A stretch of DNA of 64,000 nucleotides from Chlorokybus atmophyticus (taxonomy: Eukaryota; Plantae; Mesostigma and Chlorokybus algae): the NCBI GenBank assembly GCA_009103225.1, contig RHPI01000385.1, forward strand, positions 705,479 to 769,478, read 5' to 3'. The notes under the pieces were generated by a model. That model worked only from the letters and a program-made list of their open reading frames with translations. It was not told where the DNA came from and did not search any database. Each line of letters opens with the position of its first letter. Position 1 is the stretch's first letter. Both the position numbers and the translations under genes were made by a program. Positions 16,055 through 31,323 of this stretch are shown here, piece after piece.

Positions 16055-18285
16055 ATGATGAGCTTCCATCCCGCCTCCGACAGGCAGGCCGCTCCACCCG
16101 ACTTCAAAGGCAGCACCCTTGTGCTGGTGGGTAGATTGCTGCGGTGTGTGAGGGAAATCAGTGACATTGTGAGCAGCATGTCAATGTCAAAGCGGCGTAA
16201 CACAAAGAGCGGGTGTGGTTCGTGCCTGTTTGTGTGCGTGTCATTGTCGTGGATGGCGTTGTCGTTGCATGCAGAGGCACGACCTGCGTCGTTTCCGCAG
16301 CGGAGAGGGCAATGCGGGGGTATGTTGTTGTCTTTTTTGATGCGATAATGATAATCAGTGACACCTCTGCTTGCTATATAATGTGCTCGCTTTGCTACTG
16401 TTGCCGCACACAATCAACCTGTCTCTGGCCCGCGTGCAATCGCAACCACTATGTAGCGCACCGCTATATCTGCACTGGCTTCTTGCAACCAGTGTTGAGA
16501 GTCTGCGTTGATTGTGTGCATGAATTATGCGAGTGGTCCGCCTCAACACTCACAAGCGATCACAAAATCATTTTCGCAGTCTTGAACCAAACTGTATATG
16601 GCGTCCCTAACTCATATAATACTAAACCTACGCGTTCTTCATGGAGGTATATGGAAAAAAAAGTTGTTAGTCCGCATGCCAAACCCGACCATATACACTT
16701 TGTAGGACTCTCTGTCTTGCGTCACGCTTGCGTGCGTGTGCACACAACCACACATACGCCCATCGCAACCCGCTAACATACGCGTCTGTAGCCCGCAATT
16801 TCTGTGGCCAATGTGGGCCAGCTGGCATTGGACTTGCTGATAACGACATGCGGCAGTCCAGACACCCAAGTGAGTGCAGATGACATGCTTTATACTCTTG
16901 TTTGAAATGCAGTGTCTGTGTGCACTTACAATCAATCAACATGTCCTCATGCATTGCATAGCTCGCAGGTTACATGGATGACCCATCAGTTTTGCCCTGC
17001 GTTGGCAATGGCGCCTTCGACTTTGTTGATGAACGGCATATCTCCCTTTGCATGGAAGGTAGGGCTTTGTGAACAGATAGGCTAAAATGTTGTGTGTGCG
17101 TATGTGTGCATGTGCCGTTGTGTCGTTTGTCTCATAGACTATGGACCTCGTTTGCGCCGCGGTCGTGCAGTTGTCCACGACACAAAGCAGTCCCTTACAT
17201 TTTTACAGCAGCGAGCACCTGTTATGAAGGCAAGAGGCAACCATGTTTTGCAAAGTTTGTAGATGTTTTGGTCCCATGCTCTACACGTGTTGCAATGACT
17301 TTGCATGTTTGTGCTTTACATGTCTTCAGGGCCAAAAACGGGCGTTTGTGAGGCGGCTTGTCGCATGGATTAAACAAGCGGGCTTTGAGCGCGTACTGCT
17401 GTTGACCGGCGTGGACGCCACTCGCAGAGCGGATGCACAGCTTGAAGGGTGAGTGTGATGCAACACATGCTGCTTCAAGGGCGTGTGTGTGCACGCACGT
17501 GTTGCATTGCAAGCGCCAGCTCTGTTATACCCTGTGTGTCCTTGTTAGTTGTGATACAGGGCATACATTCTATCTGCTGTTGCTTTGTGTAGCTGTTGTC
17601 ATGCACAATGTGCAGCAGCTCGCTATTCACGTTGGATAGTTTTGGTTGAGCATGTGCTGGCTTCCTTGCTGCCACGCGCTGTTGTGACTGCCCTGCATGC
17701 TATCACACGGCTGACCAAGCTGGCCAATCATTGTGCTTACCCAGGGGACAGCTGAGACAGCTGTCGACAGCGCCGCCTGTAGCCACGGCATCCACGGGGT
17801 CTGAGCCGGCAACAATGATACCGAGGCTGGAAGAGACGGGTGCTGCCGGCGGGCCACTCGTGCCGCACGGATCCGCGGCGATGGTGTTGTACCGCGTGTG
17901 CGAGGTGTGTGTATCACCTGCCTACAAACGTTTTACAGAGCGTCACCACCGTCAGTATGGTCGTCAGCTCATCAAAGTCATGTTGGTATGTGCTTGCAGG
18001 CTGAAGGGGTGAATGCAACTCTGCTGTGCCGGTTCTGCCTTGAGGGCGACAACGTGCCCGAAGCAATGTCGCTAGCGGAAGCGGCGGCACGGTGGCTCGG
18101 CTTGCCCATTGCTGGTAAGTTGTTGTGTACCACATTAGTTCAATACACACATTGTTTCCCTTAAGCAATACTGCACACACAACGTCGCGCACTGCATCAA
18201 CCGCATTGTGTGAGCAGGCAACTGGCGGGCGCCGCGCTCGTGGGCGCACATACAAGGGCCACCTCCGGATGATACCATGTATTGA
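16055..18285 (+). CDS. PSMG2: Proteasome assembly chaperone 2 (PAC2)
   Basis: Exons give PAISVANVGQLALDLLI, GYMDDPSVLPCVGN, LQQRAPV, LCRFCLEGDNVPEA and WRAPRSWAHIQG..MY* (stop 18283-18285). Confidence 0.9.
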
Positions 18286-19634
18286 GGTTAACTTGACACA
18301 AAGGCACGGTCAATGTATGCGTTGCTCACGACATGCAATGCTCATGACATTGCATGCACTTGCCCCGGTTGCCATGCAAATGAGCTGCACATTGAGCATG
18401 CGATGGTTAAGCTTCTGTAAATGTTTGCGCAACGCAAGTTTTAGGCTGCAATTTGCAAAGCATGTTAACATCCACTACAGTATGTACACATAAACATCGT
18501 GTACAAAAGAGGTATACAAATGATCGTATGCTAGATTAGCAGCATGCAAGGTGCAACATACACAACACCAGCACAACATGCCGCACTCAACACATGGTAT
18601 CTCATGCTTACACTCTACACTAGCAGTTCACCACCGGGCTAGCTGCATGTGCTGCAGAGAGAAAATGCATAGTGTGAAGCACTGCGTCCATGTGCCACAG
18701 TCCTTAAGGTCACCACAGTACAACGTTGAGCGACGTCACACCATCCGCAGTGTGACGTCGCTCAAGCCACGCCACAATGCCATGCCTGCAGTCTCAGGCC
18801 GTCACGCTCGCAGCGCTCACACAGGTGCCACCCCCACAACCAATCTCACCAGTCATTACCGCACACATTATCATGGTGTTAATGTAGGTAGCGCCAGTGA
18901 AGCATTGTATCATATGAAACGAAAATATGATCGAGATCATTGCGGCTCAAGCTCAAAGATACATTCGTGTTATGGATCAAGCATTTAACACTAGGGATGT
19001 AAGTTAAGCGAAAAGATCACACTTGAAGTCGATGTGTACAATAATCATCGTGCAAGAAATTTCAATCGTAGCTGCTATTACCTTGATACCAAAAGTATTC
19101 CATCTCTGTGGCAATCATAACACCACCTTTCATATCCAAAACTTTGATTCATTCATTGAATCAAGGAAACGCTAATTGAATTGTACTTTTGAATATATTA
19201 ATTTGTTCATCATAAAGCTTTTGTTAAGGGTACATTTGCTATGTTTTGTGTATTTTGCGTTTATACACAGGATTTACCACATTTTCGTAACAGCTTTTTG
19301 AACATACGTATCAGAGTGCATTGCAAAAATCGAAAACCTTTGTACAGGCTTAGCAATTGATTTCATAAGTTAATATCGTATATGAATTCATAATTCATTG
19401 AGAATGACGATGTATCGATAAATGCAGTCATTTTGTTGGCGCTTAAAGCCCTCATGCCACTACCGCAAAGCGATCAATGTTATTGTCTTCTATTGCACGC
19501 ATGTATAGAAATAAGAAGCGCTTTATTAGCATGTTGTTGTTAATAATGACCTCTAAATAAGGCTTCAAAGAAACGTTGTTAACACATTTTTTTGTTTTAA
19601 CAGCATTTCTTTCAGCATGTATGCAGCATCCTAT

Positions 19635-21080
19635 TGTAACGATACCACTACTTACTTGCTAGTCGGGGCTTGGCAAACTTATGCACAAGCACTAAGGACT
19701 TACAGCTGGAAGTCCCACGAGCGTCACCGGTGCAGCAGCCTCGCTGTCACAGGACGACCCAACAATAACGCCACAATGGCCATAAAACACACTTCCTGCT
19801 TTTGTGGCCCAATGATTTGTTACATTGGTCATCGGAGCTTGAGCCCGGAAGGTCCTGAGGTCGAAATCGCCTCGCAGCACACCAAGAAGGATTTTTGAGG
19901 TCGTTGTTATCGATCCATACCAAAATAATGGGTCGCACGCTTTTGCTCAGTGCAGCGCGCGACTTGGTGGACGGCAGTCGGTTATTCCGACGCGTTGCGC
20001 GTACCTGGAGCCGCCGCTGTGTAGTACCGCGCGACTTGCCTGATGGCGACTTACAGTCGGTCATTAAGCGGCGTATTGCGTGCTGCGACTGCTCAGTAAC
20101 GATTGCAAAACGCTTCTATTGCTACGTGACGAGATGCCATGTGAAACTCACAACCAATGAAGACATTCGATACCTAAGTGGGAGGGATTGGGACGCACGG
20201 GACGACCTGATAATAACGTCACAATGGCCACAAAACACACTTCGTGCTCTTGGCCTAGTGGTTTGTTACACTCGCAGGGGAGTTGCAGCTGAGCACATGG
20301 AGGAGAGGATGACCACCAGCCTCTCACACAACTCTAGCCCCAGGCACATCCACGCCAAACGCACCCACATGCACACACACCACACCACACCCCACAAGGG
20401 ATGAGGGGGAGAGCCTTTTAACATCAAACAACTAGGCACCCCACACACAAAAGGCCCTCAAGTGGTGCACACTCTGATATCTTGATCAATACCGATCGGA
20501 TCCCCCCTCATGAATGCAGTTTAGCATTTATACCACATGCTGCTCTCCCGACCTAGCACACATGATGCATATGTTCAAGGGCACCTAGGCCTTGTTGCTA
20601 TGCGCTGACCTTGTTCCAACAACGGAACCTACAAACTCCACTTCGGGAGTATCGACCACCTTGGATTTTATAGGAATAATAAACCTACTTTGGAAACACA
20701 AACCGAGGCTCTCCTAATACATATGTACTTGCGGATTGCCCACAGGCACCACTTGCCTTGCGACTGTCACGCTTGTGGCAAATTGCACTACCACAGTACA
20801 CATCCCGTAGTTTGCCAACTTGGCTCACAATCTTACAACTGCCACTTCCGATGCCACTCACATGCTATACGCATTTACCAGCCCTATGCTAGCCAAGCAT
20901 CAATGCCTTATGTAGTTTATCATCACTCAAGGCCCACATAGGCTTAAAAGCGGACCGCACGAGACCACACGCCATAAGCACTTGCCCCTCGCTTATGAAA
21001 TGAAAAAACTCAGTTGGTCCCTTTTTATTAACATAAATAAGGGACAGAGAATGACTGTTGCCAGGCTAATGGGCGTGACA
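19635..21080 (+). mobile_element. Solo LTR (family A, copy 1; about 915 bp after removing the nested element)
   Basis: Termini TGTAACGATACC...GGGCGTGACA; 5-bp TSD CCTAT at 19630-19634 and 21081-21085. Both ends are homologous to 62400-63414. Confidence 0.85.
19745..20270 (+). mobile_element. TRIM-like miniature LTR retroelement nested in solo LTR A1
   Basis: TSD CTCGC (19740-19744, 20271-20275). Diverged direct repeats of about 80 bp at 19745-19824 and 20194-20270, both ending TTTGTTACA. PBS-like TGGTCATCGGAGC at 19826; purine tract GTGGGAGGGATTGGGA before the 3' repeat; no coding capacity. Removing it restores colinearity with copy A2. Confidence 0.8.
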
Positions 21081-22401
21081 CCTATGGACAAATTCTGGTT
21101 TCACAATGGTAAGTGCAGCACATGTACATTTGCTGCACTTTTTATGACATGTGCCACATGCGGTACATGCGGTTCCGCAAAAAACATGTGGGCAATAAAT
21201 TGTGATGCAAGTTACTACAGCTCACATCAACGTGTCCTATTTTATGCGATGAAGCCCTCCCCTCCCCTCCCTTCTGAGGAGCACCCCTCTTTACAGCATC
21301 TTGTTGAGAGGGTTTAATAAAAGGGGGAAATTGCAATTGCAATTGCACGTAGTTTGTCCTTTTAAAAACTGCTAACCCAATCACCAACTCAGCTTGTTCT
21401 GTGGTGGGGTGGGTGTGGGGGGTGAGGAAAGGGGGAAGGCCAAAATCTGGGTACTGGTACATACATGTGTTAGGGTTGTGACTGTTATAATTGTTGTTAG
21501 ATAAACAACATTTGACCATCCTGTTTCAATAAGCAAGAGTATTAACATTATGGTATTGTAAGAATATAGCAATCGTATTGCTTGAATTGCAGCATCTTAG
21601 CATCAACAAATGATTAATCGTTTGTACAATCGTGATTACCATGTGCAATACACTTGGTATGATATACATTAATATTACAATATATGCATAAATGTGAATC
21701 ATACTAATTGCATTTACTTCATATCGATTGCAAGTATTTAGCTTGAACAATAAGCTTTATTAATTACGCGGTTAGCTGTAACATTGCGCCTAAATCATCA
21801 ACTTAGCTAATAAAAGCTGCTATGTTAAGCAAGTGCACAAGTGTCTTATAAAAATACCATGCTTGTGTGTAATCCATTTTCAGTTATAGATTTAACGTCA
21901 TACAGCAATAAATGCTTATGCTTGCGTTAATCTTCATCAATGTGATTAAAGGTGTGATCGTATTTATAGGAGATCTTCATTGAAACACATGACATAACTT
22001 GTTGTCGGTGTCATGTTGTACGTGTTCAACTTTTACATGCTTAATCAACTTCTACAACACTACCTCTTATCTAGGGAGATGGAAATGGAAATTGGACTTC
22101 CTTTTCCATTTCCCACGACAACAGCAGTTGTTGCCCTCTGATTCGGCCAAACCGTAATCACGGGCAGTGTGCATTGGTTCTGAGTAGAGCACCTGAATTA
22201 CGACATCTATGAGATTCACCCATTCCTTTGAGAAAGGCGGAACCTGGAGCCAGAACCTGCTGAAGAGAGATTCAGATCGTGCCTTGCATGCGTACGCACA
22301 AGCGCTGAGCTAAACTCCCACGCCAGGCGGCGGCAGCGCCAGCTTCGTAGCAGCGTTTGGTCGCTGCCAAGGCCCAAGGGGGGCGCTGCTTGCCACGGTA
22401 G

Positions 22402-26873
<4,472 letters not shown>

Positions 26874-28427
26874 GGTGGGGTGGGGTGGGGTGGAGAGGGA
26901 TCTCTCTCTGTGGTGGTGTCGAGTTGGGACTGGGTGAGTGACTGACGCTCGGTTGCTCGTGTGTGTGCTTGCGTGTGTGTGTTGGGATGGGGGGGGTCGT
27001 GGAAGGCACTAATCCTTCTTGTACATAGACTTGACTGCAGATGCACGCATATGATGTGATATGTGTCAGTTGCACATATGTACTCGCCAATGTTGCATTG
27101 GCAGATGACGTAGGCTGCCAGCTAATGAGACAAGTTGGTGATTGTTTACTGCAGGTCACTGCCGTAGGGTGACCCGCCACTGTCATATCGTCATGACCTT
27201 TGCTGTGGGCACTTGTGGTATGCAGCTGGTATGGCGCCCTTGCTACGGCCAATACAACATGCTTTCAGCACAGAACAATTCAAACATACAGCATGCAGTG
27301 TGATGCATAGTGGTCGATCCTGTATGTCCTGTCCACAGCATGCGCTGATAACAGATACCAACACTACAGCATGGGAAGCAGTCCAACTTCACGGATGCGC
27401 GTAAAAAGCACCATTGGCAGGCAAACCTTGGCTGGAAAGCAGGCTCTGGTATTCAAAAAGACAATCTACTTATGTACAGGCACATGAGGCGTGTACATAA
27501 GCCTCAGCCAATGTCTCTCAAGTATCGCACTCTCATGCATGCTACAATCCTTGTATGCTATTTATTATACACTTTATGCCCCCCTGGTTGGTGCGGCCAT
27601 CCCATGCCAGAGTCCAGTTCAGTCCGCTCATGCAGTTTGGGTGAGCGGCTGGCTACCCTATGTAACGGCATAGGGCGTGCATGTCACAGTGCTATGGTGT
27701 GGTGTGGTTAGGTGGGTGGCTTGACCGGGAGCGCCCTGCATGTGTAGTCGGCTAGTTGATAGCGGGAGGTAGTGCCCATGCATAGCAATGCAACAAGACG
27801 AAGTCGCAAGTGAGCGTACATGGGGAGCAGCGAAGTCTGCCCGTGTCATCCAAGTAGAGGCGCACACAGCCACGACATGCATGGCTGCAGAGGGAGTTTC
27901 CGTGCCTGCCGTACATGCATGCGTGCGTGTACTGACAAAACCCTAAGGCGGTTGTTGACGACACGGCAGTAGTAGGCTGGCGGAGGTGGCGGCGGGGGTG
28001 TGGGTGACGCAGGACGGGGGAGTCCGTTTGGGTCTTCTGCTGCTGGAGCAAGGCCGCTAACCAAGGCGCGTGTGCAGGTGATGACAAACGCATGCATGCA
28101 TGCATGTCTAATGGGGGGTATGGGCAGTAGAGAGAAGGTAGGTAGGTAGTGGCTAGGTTAGCAGCCCGGTGGTCAATGCAAGTGCTTCATGGTGTGGTGA
28201 GTAGACTCTCATGCATGCCACAATCCTTGCATCTATCTAGCATACACTCCGAAAAGAATGTTTCGCCTAGTGTACAAATGAATGTCATCGGCAATGCACC
28301 GATATACAACAACTCTCGCACTCGGAAACCCTTGTCCCGTGAGAGCTACAAGTCCCATCAAATCCCTACTAGAACCAAAAGGAATACCACCCCCACAACA
28401 CCATGGTTCACAAACGCCACCTGCTGC

Positions 28428-29381
28428 CTACTGCCAATAGGCAAGTGGTTGAACAACATTACGTAAAACAGGCACTTCATCCATCCTTTGCGCCCACATC
28501 ACCGCGATGGTGGCATTACTCCTCGCACTCGGCACCCTCACTACAACATTGCTGACGCCCGCGTTGGGGTTTTCTTGCGGCCGGCCGATGAGGGAAGGGT
28601 CGGTGGAGAAGGTGGTGAAGAAGGCGTCGGGGGGAGACAGGATGAGGCCTTGAAGTTGAGAATCACCCTGTGATAGAGAAAGAGTGTTAGTAGTGATGCT
28701 GTGAGTAGGACACTGTACTGAGTGTGCGGGTGGGTGGGGGTAGGGGTGGGGGTGGGAGTGTGCTTGCCTGTGTGAGGGTGACTGATGCGCCACCCAGCGC
28801 AATATCCACCGAGGCGCGTGTGTGGAACATGCTCACCATGTCTACCGGATACAGGAACAACACCTGCCAATCACCACGCATCACCACCCACAACACCACC
28901 TATCAACATCAACTACCTCACCCACACCCACACCCACCCACCCACCCACAACATATCCCCTCCCCTCTCTTACCTCATCCTGCACGAGTAGCCTCGCCCT
29001 CGGCGCTCGCACGTCCTTGAGTAGCGCGAGTCCGCGCATCACGCTTACAGCCCCGCCGTACGCTTGCGTGAGGTTGACGACGGTGTGGGAGCGTAGCGGT
29101 GAGGAGAAGGGTGAAGTTAGTGACGCTGTTACGCCCAAGGCCTGGTTGGAGCAGAGAAGCTCGCTCTGAGTGGAGGGGGAGATGGCGAGAGTGTTATGGG
29201 ACTCGGTGCGGGTGCGGTAGTAGCTGTGAAAGGAGAGGGGGAGAGAGTGAGACCACGCAAGTATGTGTGCATGTGTGTACGTGTGTTTGTGGCTGTGTCA
29301 CACGCAGTCACAGACAGAGACAATGTGTGTGACGCACATACACACATGACTGTGTGTGACACGCACACGCGCACGCGCACG

Positions 29382-29467
<86 letters not shown>

Positions 29468-31323
29468 NTGTACTTGGCGGCGAAGAACCCCGGCAGATTA
29501 TAGTCATCATACCCCAGATCCACGAACCACCTCTGTCCATCATTATCAAACACGAACGATCCCAAGTCCAAATGCGCATGATTAACCTCTTTAGGTGCAG
29601 GGTTCCACCCTCCCTTGACCGCAAGATACCCTGCTTTGGGTTCGCCCCAACTCGCACGCATGAAGACTGTGTCCACCTCCCACCCGACGTGTCTCACGTC
29701 CAGCGGGAGCGGGTTGGGTTGGGGTGATTGAGTGAATACAGTTGGGTCTGTCCAGAAGAGGCGGAAGAAGAGGCCAGTGAGCTTGAGGTTGAACTCGAAG
29801 GCGGGCACGAAGGCGTCGGACACGGCGGAGGCGGCGTAGTAAGATAGTTGCATGGAGTTGACGACGTCGCCGCCGTCGGCGAAAGCGAAGGAAGAGCCGG
29901 TGGGACTGATGCATTGGATGCGGAAGTAAGCCGCAGCCTGTGCGTGGAACACAACACTGGTAAGATGACTGCGGCATAGAGCTTGTATAGAGGGTAAAGA
30001 GCTTCAAGCCAAACCCAACACACACACGTACATGCAATTGCGTGACCGTGACCCTTGCACACACCCACACCCACTCACCATCAGTGCGGGTGCTGTGCTC
30101 CACCCATAATCGTTCCCGAACCCCGTCTTCATGGCACTCAGCGCGAACGGCAGGTTGTACCCGATGTAGCTGGCGTAGAAGGGTCCTTCATAAAATGCCC
30201 CGCTGGGACTCAGATTGCGGATGGTAAGCTCGATGCCTGGCAGCGACATTGATAAAATCTGCTGGCACATTGTCATATCATTCTCGGCGAAGACAATGGC
30301 AGCGACAATGAAGCCAGTCAGGGAGTTGACGTTGACGTTGGTGTCCTGGACAAGAGTTAAGAGTTACACATGGAACAACAATGAGGTTGTGAGGTTGTTT
30401 ATACATGCACGTACCAGTGATGCAAGGACCGGTAGCATGTTTGCGTTGAGTGCTGGCATGAATGCGTTGTTGAGCACGGCGTTCCAGGCGGTGCTGCGCT
30501 GGTCGTCCGTCATGTCGTTGTAGAGCCAGTCGTAGCCCCACGAAGCAGCGAGCAGGTAGTTGTTGATGTCCAGGTAGCTCTCGACCTTGGTGAAGGCATC
30601 ACCCCTGAATGAAGTAGATCAGAAGTCAATTGGAAGTCGAAACACTGCACTGGCAGTTGTCTCGTGCATTTGTGCTCACATGCATGCACACGCACACATA
30701 TGCACACGCATGGATGTGTGTCACTGTGGCTGAGCTTACCAGGCGGGTAGGGATGATATGTACATGAGGTCGTTGAGTGCGTAGCTGAGCTTGGCGGGGT
30801 CGGAGTCGACGAGGTAGCCGCCAGCGACGCTGGCCATGCGGTCGGCAAAGTAGCGGGGAGAGTAGCTGCAAACAAGCAGTTTGATTAAGCAATGTTTACG
30901 CGAATGTGTGCACCAACAAACACAAGTAGTTGTGTGTACCTGACTGAGGTGGAGCGCTGGAAGGCGATTGTGCTGTTGGTGGCCATCATCGCGCTCTTGG
31001 CAATGGGCCACAACTTGTTCTTCACCTTATTCTGAGCACGAACAGCTGCGCGGCAGCACAAGACACACCCTTTGAGCAACCCACTCACAACCAACACCAC
31101 CACAACTACAACAGCAACAACAGTCACATTGCTCACTTGGGAAGTTGTCTGGTGTGACCACTGCGCGCGGGTGTCCCGGCCTGAGAGTGGCCAGCGCATT
31201 GCTGTAGTCGTTCACTGTATCTGTCGGCTGCGCCGATGCCAGCTGGATGGTCATAGCCATCATCATGATGAGAGCAAACTTGAGCTGCACTCTGGCCTGA
31301 GTCATGCTTTCAGCCATCAGCAT
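28428..31323 (-). CDS. Secreted heparinase II/III-like polysaccharide lyase/epimerase-fold protein, paralog 1
   Basis: Signal-like LKFALIMMMAMTIQLASAQ; motifs LRPGHPRAVVT, ESYLDINNYLLAASWGYDWLY, GAFYEGPFYASY, FAFADGGD, NHAHLDLGSFVFDNDGQRWFVDLGYDDY, YYRTRTESHNTL; ends VQPLAYWQ*. One junction near 29468 is hidden by an N and a microsatellite. Confidence 0.8.
29384..29467 (+). repeat. (GA)n microsatellite in an intron of paralog 1
   Basis: Pure GA run ending at an N (29468). Confidence 0.9.

Noticed and set aside
16129-16790. snoRNAs in other long introns (PAC2 intron 1, HSP90 intron 1, RRP43 intron 1, Lon-N intron 1)
   Set aside because: No C box/D box pair with a terminal stem or recognisable rRNA guide was seen. 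H/ACA RNAs cannot be excluded by eye.
22060-22290. Heat-shock elements or a Helitron end upstream of HSP90 (imperfect 17-bp hairpin next to CTAG at about 22072-22115)
   Set aside because: I found no correctly spaced nGAAnnTTCn array, and the hairpin-CTAG spacing and flanking base do not fit Helitron rules.
29165-29195. Apparent frameshift in lyase paralog 1
   Set aside because: Recounting the G run gives TCC CCC TCC ACT CAG, which is in frame with paralogs 2 and 3.
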